This document shows, in pieces, positions 9,129-16,961 of a stretch of 50,152 nt of DNA. The stretch lies in IMG/VR virus record IMGVR_UViG_3300017655_000272, positions 1 through 50,152 of that record, one strand, 5' to 3'. Under the pieces are notes generated by a model, which had not been told where the DNA came from, did no database searches, and saw only the letters and a program-made list of their open reading frames with translations. Positions within the stretch are counted from its first letter, which is position 1. Every line of letters begins with the position of its first letter. Source of the stretch: a virus (lineage: Duplodnaviria > Caudoviricetes). Position numbers and translations under genes: made by a program.

Positions 9129-10187
9129 TTATTCGCCTTTTTGATCAGCGGAAACCCACGAAGCGATTTCCATCTTCTGGTCTTCAGTCAGCAGTTCTTT
9201 GGTTTGGATGGTGGCGATCAGGTCGTTGACCGATTTCTTGCCGCCTTCGATTGCGGCCTTCCAGCCGGCCTTCTTCTTGTCGAACGACTCTTGTGTGCAG
9301 GTCTTGGGCTTGGCCGCGTCGGCGGCCGGGGTCTTGGACTGATCGGCCTCGTTGTGCATGACGGTCTGCCAGGTGGCCTCTCCGTCCTTGATGGCGCCAT
9401 AGATGCCGCGCAGCTTGACGATCTCGGCGGGCGAGCATTTGCCCAGGTCGTGGCCCAGATAGCCGGTAAGGTCTGTAGCGGTAACGCCAATGTCGGAGAA
9501 TGCATCGACGATCTTGCGGCGCTCGGCGTCCGGATCCTTCGCGGCCTCGTCCAGGCGAATGCGCTTGATGATGTCCTCGGCCTCGTCGCACAGGTCACCC
9601 GGGATGATTCGCAGGCCGATGGTGCGGATCGCCTTAGAAATCAGGGCGCCCCGCTTGTTCAGGATGTCGTCGTCGGTGCCCAGAACGGTGTAAACGTCCT
9701 TGTTGTAGCTATTCTTGCGTACGCTGATGTACGATCCATCGCTGTTGGGCCTTGACCGCTCGACGGTCTTGGAGACACGCACATCCAGCGGGTAAGTAAT
9801 GTTGGCCTCCAGGTCCGTTACCGAAACCCGGTGCACTTCTTTGATTTCATCCTCGAAGATCATCGTGGTTTCAACCAACACGTTCTTCATGCAGCGCAGC
9901 GCGACTTCCACGAACCGGATGCCCAGACCTTCCACGCCGTTGCCGATGGGCTTAATGTAGTAGGCGCTCTTGTTGTTGGCGAAGCTCGGGCGGCGGCATT
10001 CCTTTATCAAGTCCTGGCGGACGGCGTCCCAGTTACGCGGATTGCGCATGGCCATGATGTAGCGTGACTCGACCATGGCCTTGGACTGGGCCGCAATGGC
10101 GGTAGAGGCGGTTTCCACTACTGCAAACGAGCTTTCGGACGCGCCGAACTCCTGCCGGACGGCAAGGGCGTTGTGATTCTCAGACAT
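9129..10187 (-). CDS. Putative recombination (single-strand annealing) protein
   Basis: Directly upstream of exonuclease, in the usual SSAP slot; no family motif recognised. Confidence 0.55.
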   Translation of the reverse strand: MSENHNALAVRQEFGASESSFAVVETASTAIAAQSKAMVESRYIMAMRNPRNWDAVRQDLIKECRRPSFANNKSAYYIKPIGNGVEGLGIRFVEVALRCMKNVLVETTMIFEDEIKEVHRVSVTDLEANITYPLDVRVSKTVERSRPNSDGSYISVRKNSYNKDVYTVLGTDDDILNKRGALISKAIRTIGLRIIPGDLCDEAEDIIKRIRLDEAAKDPDAERRKIVDAFSDIGVTATDLTGYLGHDLGKCSPAEIVKLRGIYGAIKDGEATWQTVMHNEADQSKTPAADAAKPKTCTQESFDKKKAGWKAAIEGGKKSVNDLIATIQTKELLTEDQKMEIASWVSADQKGE

Positions 10188-10680
10188 AGTTCTCTCCTAG
10201 TTTTTGTTCGATTACTTCCCATGCCAGGTCGCACTGCTCAGTCGTGAACAGGCCGAAGTGGCAGTATTTCTTTTCGATGCCCATGGCGCCGGCCAGCCAT
10301 TCATACGCGGCGTTGCGGTCGCCATTGAAGTGTTCGAGCAGGTCGGTGAATGGCTCTTTCGTGTCTTTGCGCGCCTGGCGGGTCTCTTCATCCGCCATGG
10401 TGCCCAGCGGCAAATCGGTCTTTGGGTGTAGGCCGACATATGCCCCGCATTCCGTGCATAGATAGGCATACGGCCAATCACCGTAGGAGCGGCCGTTGTA
10501 GATCTCGGAGTTATTGACCAGCTTGACCGTGCCGCCGCAGCAGTCGCATTTCGCTGGGGGGTCAAGGCGATCCCTCACGCGCCCCAGTGCGCGGCGTGAC
10601 ACATACGGCAATGGCGCCGGCGCCGGCAGCTTTTGGGTGACCAGACAGCGCGGGTCAATTCCTAAAACTTCGATAGCCAT
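10180..10680 (-). CDS. Zinc-finger protein (DUF3268-like)
   Basis: CDCC..CTECGAYVGLHP..PLGT..AYEWLA..CHFG. Confidence 0.8.
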   Translation of the reverse strand: MAIEVLGIDPRCLVTQKLPAPAPLPYVSRRALGRVRDRLDPPAKCDCCGGTVKLVNNSEIYNGRSYGDWPYAYLCTECGAYVGLHPKTDLPLGTMADEETRQARKDTKEPFTDLLEHFNGDRNAAYEWLAGAMGIEKKYCHFGLFTTEQCDLAWEVIEQKLGENYV

Positions 10681-10682
10681 GG

Positions 10683-10835
10683 TCAATATCCCAATATCCA
10701 GCGCGCCACCGTCACGGCGGCCCATATCAGAGCGGACGTGCCGCCTACGTAAAGCGCCGCATCGATCAGCGGAATGTCGTGACTGTTCGGGGCGAAGCCG
10801 CCGGCGCCGTCGTACTTCATTGCTGGCTTTGGCAT
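10683..10835 (-). CDS. Small membrane protein, ~50 aa
   Basis: Manually translated MPKPAMKY...ALIWAAVTVARWILGY; GGAGG RBS. Confidence 0.55.
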   Translation of the reverse strand: MPKPAMKYDGAGGFAPNSHDIPLIDAALYVGGTSALIWAAVTVARWILGY

Positions 10836-11002
10836 GGGCCCCTCCAGACTGGTTTGACGCGGTTTGCTGGGTGGCAGACGAAGCGCTCGCCAAGCTGCTC
10901 ACGGGCGACCTCGACGCGGCGCACATGCTCGTCCGCGTCGTTGATGGGGTCCGGGTGGTAGCGGTACTCGAACAGGAGGGTGGCAATAAGCTTGGTAGTC
11001 AT
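10817..11002 (-). CDS. Hypothetical protein
   Basis: ATGA coupling, GAGG RBS. Confidence 0.6.
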   Translation of the reverse strand: MTTKLIATLLFEYRYHPDPINDADEHVRRVEVAREQLGERFVCHPANRVKPVWRGPCQSQQ

Positions 11003-11214
11003 GCTTCACCTCGGGCTTCTTTAAGCGCTGTGCGGCCGGCGGCCACCGCTACGCTGGTTTGAAGGTAGCGGTCGGTACCGCTGTCAATGCTTTCCATGCG
11101 GTCCATGACCAGCTGCAGGCCGTCCAGGGCGCGGAATAGGGCGATGATGATGTGCGGGTTGCGCAGGGTGCGCATAAGGACCTCTGCGTTCTCTATGTGG
11201 GCGGCGCGGGTCAT
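10999..11214 (-). CDS. Hypothetical protein
   Basis: ATGA coupling, AGGAG RBS. Confidence 0.65.
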   Translation of the reverse strand: MTRAAHIENAEVLMRTLRNPHIIIALFRALDGLQLVMDRMESIDSGTDRYLQTSVAVAAGRTALKEARGEA

Positions 11215-11435
11215 GCTGCGCTCCTAAGCTTGCTGATAAGGGTCGCCGCCGATTCCTCGCTCGCCACGAAGTCCAAAAACGTGTTCGCAACAGCAACGCG
11301 GCCCATTTGGTAGTCGTAGATTTGTTGCTGCGGGGCGCTTAGCTCGCCGAATTTGCTCATGTCCAGCTTGGCGACCTGCGCATTGGCGCTGTCGATGATG
11401 GCGGAGGCAAGCTGCTTGATTTGGTCGTTTGTCAT
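11211..11435 (-). CDS. Hypothetical protein
   Basis: ATGA coupling, GGAGG RBS. Confidence 0.65.
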   Translation of the reverse strand: MTNDQIKQLASAIIDSANAQVAKLDMSKFGELSAPQQQIYDYQMGRVAVANTFLDFVASEESAATLISKLRSAA

Positions 11436-11749
11436 GATTCGCCTCCGATTTCTTCCAGAATATTGACCAAGTGGCCCCGCGTGTATCGCCAGTCGGTGCT
11501 GGAATTTCGGGCTACGTGGCGCAGAATCTCCAGCAGGGCCGGGAACGGCAGATCAACCAGAAAGTCGTTGTCGATCAAGATGGTGGCCAGTTGCGCGGCG
11601 TTGCGGCCATCGTTGGTGTATTGGTATCGGTCAGCCAGGACGTTCAGCATGTCGGTCGGGCTGGTGGGCGTGGGCTCAATGAAGTCAGCCACACGCGCAG
11701 GATCATCCGGGCAGGCAGCTAGGCCATCCCGGTCAAGTACGTAAGACAT
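11432..11749 (-). CDS. Hypothetical protein
   Basis: AGGAGA RBS. Confidence 0.7.
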   Translation of the reverse strand: MSYVLDRDGLAACPDDPARVADFIEPTPTSPTDMLNVLADRYQYTNDGRNAAQLATILIDNDFLVDLPFPALLEILRHVARNSSTDWRYTRGHLVNILEEIGGES

Positions 11750-11913
11750 GGATTTCTCCTGAATAGGAAAGAGGGGAGGGAATCAGAGGTCAACGATTCT
11801 CCGTTTCGGTTTGCCCCTGCCGCGCTCCGGAGCGCGGGTAGGTTTGCCATGCGGCCCGTTCGGCGTGAAACCCTCGCTGAAACGCCCTCGGGAGAAGGCG
11901 CTTGGGTGAGGGC

Positions 11914-12099
11914 TTAGACTGAGGCGGCGTTGTGGCTCTCGACTGCTTTGTTGTACTGGCTGATAAGCAGGTCGATCGGGCTGTCCATCGCGTCGCCAAG
12001 CCCGCGCAGCACCTGTAGCTCTCTGATTAGGTGGCCTGGGCCGGTCAGCGCGGCCAGCACGGAGCGCAGGGCTTTCGCATCTACAGTTACTGTTTCCAT
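11914..12099 (-). CDS. Hypothetical protein
   Basis: GGAG RBS. Confidence 0.65.
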   Translation of the reverse strand: METVTVDAKALRSVLAALTGPGHLIRELQVLRGLGDAMDSPIDLLISQYNKAVESHNAASV

Positions 12100-12126
12100 T
12101 TCTTCTTCTCCATGCCCTGAGGGGCG

Positions 12127-12306
12127 TTATTCCTGCTCAACTTTCGACTGATTGACCTCAAGACCGCGAGATTCGATCACTCGCAAGACGGCCTGGCGGG
12201 CAGGGCCGCATGTTCGGTTTAATGCCTCTTCGGCGCCATGATCTTTGACGATCTGTTCTGCAAACCAGTCATTAAGGCCAGGGCCTTTTAAATGGACGGT
12301 AGCCAT
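12127..12306 (-). CDS. Hypothetical protein, 59 aa (MATVHLKGPG...)
   Basis: Manually translated; GAGG RBS; below ORF-track cutoff. Confidence 0.6.
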   Translation of the reverse strand: MATVHLKGPGLNDWFAEQIVKDHGAEEALNRTCGPARQAVLRVIESRGLEVNQSKVEQE

Positions 12307-12437
12307 ATCTATCCTCTCTGGTTATAGGGTGGCCCGTTATCGGGGGCCAGGCGCGAAGCTGCACTAAAGCGCATTGCAAATAGCATCCGCTTCGATTGAT
12401 AGCCAGCACGCACCGTTTCGGAAGAGGTGCTGGGCGT

Positions 12438-12763
12438 TGATGGCGCCGGATGCGATCCCGGCTTTACCCTGCTATGTGAGGGTGCTAGTCGGCGAAGCCG
12501 GAGCGTTTAGACATGCCTGTCGTATCTTCCTCGCCTCCCTCGCCACTTCAACTGCTGCGCATCGCCTGCGCGTACTGCTGCCATCACATAGGCGGGCCGG
12601 GCTTGATACCGGCTGCGCGAATTGGGCCATTGACGCCTTCCTGATTCTTGCCGACTTGCCGTTGCTGCGTGGCTATTCGCAAGACTCTTTCAGGCCCAAG
12701 CAATCAGGTTGTGTCCGCGCTACACAGTCGCACGTCCTTCCGTGCCGCCGCCTATGTGATGGC
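12438..12763 (-). ncRNA. Two tandem tRNA-like structured RNA units
   Basis: Perfect 16-bp inverted repeat 12580-12595/12748-12763; each unit has a 5' 5-bp hairpin and a 3' GCCGG-N8-CCGGC hairpin abutting the closing stem; strand inferred from operon direction. Confidence 0.6.
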
Positions 12764-12910
12764 CCTGCGCCGCAACCAGCGCGGGCAGGGTGTAGGTTTA
12801 TTGGGACTTCCATAGCGCTTACATGGCAGCCTCCTTCCAGTTATCCGCGACGGTTCTGGCGGGTCGCGTTTCGCCGAGTGATGGTGGCCCCGGTGAAGGG
12901 GCGGGGGGGG

Positions 12911-13150
12911 TTAGTCGTGGCGCAGCTCTTCCGGCTTGTGCGGAAACCAATACGCGCCCGGATGCTCTGGCCCGGTGAGATGAATGAAGCGCCCGTAAAA
13001 CGAATCGTCATCAGCAAAACCGATGATGCGCATCCCGGCAAAGCTCACGCCGAATTCGTTGGTGTAGGTCACTCTGTCTCCCACCTTGAAATCGCATGGC
13101 ACAGGTGGCGCCTGGCGCAGCTTGCTGGCGTATTTCTGTACTTCGATCAT
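12911..13150 (-). CDS. Hypothetical protein, first gene of the PL operon
   Basis: AAGGAG RBS. Confidence 0.75.
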   Translation of the reverse strand: MIEVQKYASKLRQAPPVPCDFKVGDRVTYTNEFGVSFAGMRIIGFADDDSFYGRFIHLTGPEHPGAYWFPHKPEELRHD

Positions 13151-13402
13151 GGCTTATCTCCTTGTCATCAGTAAGCGCTGGCTCGCAACGCTTGCGGATA
13201 ACTTCCGGACAGCCCACCCGCTAGCTACTCCCGCCAATTGGCGGCTCTAGGTGATGGGCTGTCGATCAATCAACCCGCGCAGCCTGTAGCCTCCCTGGCG
13301 TACTGCGTGGGTCGATAGCCGTCGATCTTGTGTCAGGGGTAACGGGTTGCGCCCTGGGCCTAGCCACCTTTCGGTCATTGGCCTGTTCTATCGCTTGGCA
13401 AG

Positions 13403-13415
13403 TTGTTAAAGAACA
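13403..13415 (-). promoter_or_regulatory. boxA-like antitermination site
   Basis: TGTTCTTTAACAA, one mismatch to rrn boxA TGCTCTTTAACA, ~120 nt downstream of PL. Confidence 0.7.
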
Positions 13416-13518
13416 TCCGGTTTCCCGGTCGCAGCCATTGCTGCTGTATTGCTTGCCTCTCCTTGGCCGTACTAAGTCCGGCTATGCCAAAAACTTTTCT
13501 TTGCTTGGGTTTGGCTAT

Positions 13519-13587
13519 GACTCATATTTGGGTCAGTGAGGTCATAATAAACCCGTATTCGGGCTGCTGTCAACCCTGATACGGGTT
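13519..13587 (-). promoter_or_regulatory. PL promoter with three OL operators
   Basis: TTGACA (13573-13568)-N18-TATTAT; 16-bp sites GACTCATATTTGGGTC, AACCCGTATTCGGGCT, AACCCTGATACGGGTT match the OR sites. Confidence 0.85.
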
Positions 13588-13597
13588 AATTGTTAAA

Positions 13598-13816
13598 TTA
13601 ATTTCGAGTTAGGAGTTCGTCCATATCGGTGGACGCCGAAAGAGCCAGCAGCAGAATCGATTGCTGCCCTGAGCCTGGCATACTGCAAAACGGCTCGAAG
13701 TCTCCAATGCATATGTATTCGAGTAGTGCGTGAAGCTGGTGATGCTTTTTAATAATTGCTTTGATATCGCCCGGTGTGAACTGCGGCATATCAATTTGTG
13801 CCACATCGTCAGTCAT
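13598..13816 (-). CDS. Small protein, candidate SOS-induced antirepressor
   Basis: GGAGGG RBS; downstream of a LexA-boxed promoter; function inferred. Confidence 0.5.
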   Translation of the reverse strand: MTDDVAQIDMPQFTPGDIKAIIKKHHQLHALLEYICIGDFEPFCSMPGSGQQSILLLALSASTDMDELLTRN

Positions 13817-13986
13817 GCCAGCCCTCCCAGTGCCATGCAATGAGTATCGTTCCTATTCTGGTTGGGTTACTATTCATTTGCTATGTTCCTCCACGAAGAT
13901 AGCGGATCAAAAATAACGCCCCTTGAGCTAGACCCTCTTGGGGTGTTTCCTTTTGCTACGACTCAATAATGCACCCCTTACAAATA

Positions 13987-14002
13987 CTGTGCAACCGTAC
14001 AG
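13987..14002. promoter_or_regulatory. LexA (SOS) box
   Basis: CTGTGCAACCGTACAG = CTGT-N8-ACAG with TA/TA flanks; overlaps leftward TTGCAC-N17-CATTAT. Confidence 0.75.
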
Positions 14003-14215
14003 TATGTAGCCTTTTCAGGCGTACCGGCTTAAAGCTTTACAGAGCAAGGCGCGCGGCGATTTTAGGTGAATACCCTAGCTTTATCCTTGCTTGCGTCGGA
14101 GCGCTACTCACAGCCATTGAATCACCAGCAAGGCGCGACCAATTAACCGAACAGCAGCCAATACATGCAGTTTGCATGTATATTGCAGGCAGTGCTGCGG
14201 GATACTCTTCCGCGC

Positions 14216-14476
14216 ATGAAGAGCGAAAAACAACAAAGCGGAGCGGCGCCAGCACCAAAAGGTGCAGGCTTAGAAAAGGCGGACGTGTGGCTGCGCGTTG
14301 AGGTCAAGCGCCGACTGGAAGAGATTGCCGCAAGGGAGAACCGATCCGTGAACAAGCAGGCGGTGCATTACATCGAGCAGGGGCTTGCCGGCCTCAGTCC
14401 TGAGCAAATGGCTCAGAGGATCGACAGCATCGAATCTAAGCTAGACGAGGTCCTGAGGCGCCTGGCCGAGAAATAG
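14216..14476 (+). CDS. Arc-like ribbon-helix-helix DNA-binding protein
   Basis: VWLRVEVKRRLEEIAARENRSVNKQAVHYIEQGL. Confidence 0.75.
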   Translation: MKSEKQQSGAAPAPKGAGLEKADVWLRVEVKRRLEEIAARENRSVNKQAVHYIEQGLAGLSPEQMAQRIDSIESKLDEVLRRLAEK

Positions 14477-14478
14477 CC

Positions 14479-14504
14479 AAAAGAAAACCCGCCGGAGCGG
14501 GTTT
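14479..14504. terminator. Intrinsic terminator between convergent genes
   Basis: AAACCCGC-CGGA-GCGGGTTT with A-tract. Confidence 0.7.
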
Positions 14505-14523
14505 GGGGGCGCTCGAAGCCAGT

Positions 14524-15438
14524 CTAATTACTGTTCTTGGGCGGCAGGTAGAGCGTAAATTGAACTGGCTTGTTCCCGTAATGCTCAGCGACCTTTTGTC
14601 GGAGTTCTCTCATGTTCTGGCAAGGCTTGGCCATACCGATGATCTCATAGCATCGAGAAACCAATTGTCGGACGCCAATATCTTCGGAAAGCTGCTGATG
14701 CCACCTCACATCGGGCGGCGGCCTATTGTTCTTTAAGTACTCGGCGACATCTGGGTCCAGGGTGTCATAAATCAGTTCAATTACGAGCTTTCCCCACCAC
14801 TTCGGCCTGGACTGTAATGGTGTTGTCCAATTGGTGAGGCGCCCGAATTCTTCCCACAGCTCGTCCGGAAAGGTTTTTTCCCACGCGCGAAGCTCTTCTG
14901 CGATGAAGGCGCGCAGCTTAACTTGTAATGCATCTTCCGCTCGTTCGTACTGGTACCCAGTAGCCTCGTCCACTAGCGCATCCAGGCCGGTCCGGGTGAG
15001 GCCGGACGTTAGGACGGCGCACTTGATGGCGATTTCACGCTGCCGGTCGGTAAGGTGGGCGCCTTGATAAAGCGCCTGAACATAGCCCCTGCAAATGAGT
15101 TCAAAATGCTCAGTCGTCAGCCCGAGCCCTTTCAGCTGGGTTCCGGGGATCGAAAACTCGATTAGTTCGGCCAGGATTAAGTCTTTGTTTATAAAAGGAT
15201 TTAGGGCTGAAACCCCGATGAATTTGGCCAGGTCGCCAGAGTCTGCATTGGCTATGGCCTTGACCGTCGCCCTCAGGGCGATCACGCGCTGTTCAGTGTC
15301 CAGCACGTAGCAATCAAGCTGCTCGCCCACCAGGTCTATTCGACCCTTCCATTTGGCGAATGGCGAAGTCATTGGGATTTCGCCATACGTTAAATCGCCG
15401 ATGCTCCCGGCGGCTTCTCCAAGATTCAAGTCGCTCAT
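14524..15438 (-). CDS. P63C domain protein
   Basis: LVDEATGYQ..WEKTFPD..WWGKLVIELIY. Confidence 0.85.
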   Translation of the reverse strand: MSDLNLGEAAGSIGDLTYGEIPMTSPFAKWKGRIDLVGEQLDCYVLDTEQRVIALRATVKAIANADSGDLAKFIGVSALNPFINKDLILAELIEFSIPGTQLKGLGLTTEHFELICRGYVQALYQGAHLTDRQREIAIKCAVLTSGLTRTGLDALVDEATGYQYERAEDALQVKLRAFIAEELRAWEKTFPDELWEEFGRLTNWTTPLQSRPKWWGKLVIELIYDTLDPDVAEYLKNNRPPPDVRWHQQLSEDIGVRQLVSRCYEIIGMAKPCQNMRELRQKVAEHYGNKPVQFTLYLPPKNSN

Positions 15439-15488
15439 TATTTCTCCTCACATCCCCACATCAAACCAAACTCTCGCCGCCCGGACGC

Positions 15489-15902
15489 CTATTTCTTATT
15501 CCAGGCCCGGTTATCACCACGGCATGCGATTTTGCCCGTCTCTAAAGTCTTGCGCATGGCGGACAACTCGTACTTATCCCAAATCCCTACGCCCCATACG
15601 GTAACGGTTATTTGGGACTGATTGACGCCGGTTGATTTGATGTCTACCCGCTCAAGTGGGGCGGTCGCCCCTGAGCTACTAAAGCGAACCACGGCGGTCT
15701 GATTGTCTGTGTAAACCGAGCCGTTGACCTGCATTCCGATTACCTGCTCGCACTCTCGTCCTTGAGAGTCCGCTAACCGGTGCGCCTCCTGATAAGAGAT
15801 AGGCACGACAAACGATACCGTTGGGTGATCGCCGCCCTTCTTAATACCCATAGAGCAGCCGACGAGGGAGGCTAGTGCGATAGCCGCTATAGGCGCTTTC
15901 AT
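15489..15902 (-). CDS. Lipoprotein
   Basis: MKAPIAAIALASLVG-C lipobox. Confidence 0.75.
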   Translation of the reverse strand: MKAPIAAIALASLVGCSMGIKKGGDHPTVSFVVPISYQEAHRLADSQGRECEQVIGMQVNGSVYTDNQTAVVRFSSSGATAPLERVDIKSTGVNQSQITVTVWGVGIWDKYELSAMRKTLETGKIACRGDNRAWNKK

Positions 15903-15903
15903 T

Positions 15904-16227
15904 TCAATCCTTTCGCTGCTTAATGCATGCCAAGTATGCATCGTTGGCGAAATCGGTCACCGCTCGTTGTTGGTTCTGCGGCGTTCGGAATCGAGGGGTT
16001 TCGTACGCCCGCACTATGTACTGATGCATAAGGGGCTTTATAAGATCGCTGACCTCTACCTCCATTAGCTCGGCCATTAGTATGCCCTGCTGACGCGATT
16101 TCATTACTTCTTGCGCGACCCCGGAAATGCTTTTGCAAGTTTCTGTGCTAGTGCTCGCGGCGGCAGAGCTGGATGCGGCAAGCACGACAAACCAGAAAAC
16201 CATAGCCCGCATACAGTTTCTTAACAT
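15904..16227 (-). CDS. Secreted/periplasmic protein
   Basis: Signal peptide ending ASSSAAA; GGAGG RBS; paired Cys. Confidence 0.7.
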   Translation of the reverse strand: MLRNCMRAMVFWFVVLAASSSAAASTSTETCKSISGVAQEVMKSRQQGILMAELMEVEVSDLIKPLMHQYIVRAYETPRFRTPQNQQRAVTDFANDAYLACIKQRKD

Positions 16228-16294
16228 TCACCCCTCCATTTGGTTGCATGCAAAGCCACATTAAATAATATTTAGTTACTTTGGTGCAAAAAAT

Positions 16295-16684
16295 TTACTT
16301 GCTCAAGTATTTCTTAGCGTCGGCCAAAAGATAGTCGCGCTCTTTGCTGCTCAGCTTTCGGAACGCATCTAGTAGCTTTTTCTCTTCTGGAGTGATTGCC
16401 GGGGAAATTTGAGTCTCTGACGCTAGTACTGGAGGCTGGCTGATATCCATTTTTGGCACGAACAACTGCCACACCTCCAGGCCAAAAGCCTTGGCTACCC
16501 CGTCCAGCTTATCAATCGAAATTGCAGAGGCGCCTATCTTGCCGCCGTTGCGTATGCGGTCAAACGTCGATCGGCTTACGCCTGGCGCCGCAGCGCTGGC
16601 CGATGCGTTTGACGAATAAACGCCTCCCGGGCCTATAAGCCGGTTCATTGTTTCAGCAAGAATCTTCATAGCCGTATCGCCCAT
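16295..16684 (-). CDS. cI-like repressor (HTH, no S24 autopeptidase domain)
   Basis: HTH-like GVSRSTFDRIRNG..LDGVAKAFG; divergent from cro across operators; only 129 aa. Confidence 0.8.
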   Translation of the reverse strand: MGDTAMKILAETMNRLIGPGGVYSSNASASAAAPGVSRSTFDRIRNGGKIGASAISIDKLDGVAKAFGLEVWQLFVPKMDISQPPVLASETQISPAITPEEKKLLDAFRKLSSKERDYLLADAKKYLSK

Positions 16685-16751
16685 ATCTGGGATGATCGCA
16701 AAATATTTAACCCTAGTGCGGGTTGCGTTAACTCATATTTGGGTTGATAAT
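16678..16751 (+). promoter_or_regulatory. OR operators and PR promoter
   Basis: AACCCTAGTGCGGGTT (16709), AACTCATATTTGGGTT (16730), degenerate site at 16678; TTGCGT-N17-GATAAT. Confidence 0.85.
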
Positions 16752-16757
16752 AGACCC

Positions 16758-16961
16758 ATGGATCAAAACACAAACATTCTCGCATCGGTAGTCGCCAATC
16801 TACGGTTGGTCAAATGGGGGCTGATCCCCCAATTGGCCAGCGATACCGGCGTACCTGAAAGCACGATCAAGAAAATTCGGTCGGGTGAGGTGAAAGACCC
16901 GCGCATCAGCACAGTCGAGGCGCTGCACAACTATTTCTCCCAAGAGGCAAATCATGTGTAA
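16758..16961 (+). CDS. Cro-like HTH regulator (probably leaderless)
   Basis: LASDTGVPESTIKKIRSG HTH; ATG 7 nt after the -10 element, no SD. Confidence 0.8.
   Translation: MDQNTNILASVVANLRLVKWGLIPQLASDTGVPESTIKKIRSGEVKDPRISTVEALHNYFSQEANHV

Noticed and set aside
10681-10986. N-terminal extensions given by the ORF track (also 20303, 18558, 32008, 40424, 45386, 45697)
   Set aside because: They overlap better-supported upstream genes; internal starts with RBS or stop-start coupling were used instead
12438-12763. Canonical tRNA or tmRNA
   Set aside because: No anticodon arm, no TTCRA T-loop, no CCA end; the internal 9-codon ORF (MSKRSGFAD) lacks a well-spaced RBS
12374-13174. 266-aa plus-strand ORF
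   Set aside because: Antisense to the PL operon, overlaps a well-supported gene and the structured RNA, and has unnatural composition
13930-13946. GACCCTCTTGGGGT as an extra repressor operator
   Set aside because: Spacer is 5 nt rather than the 6 nt of the other sites
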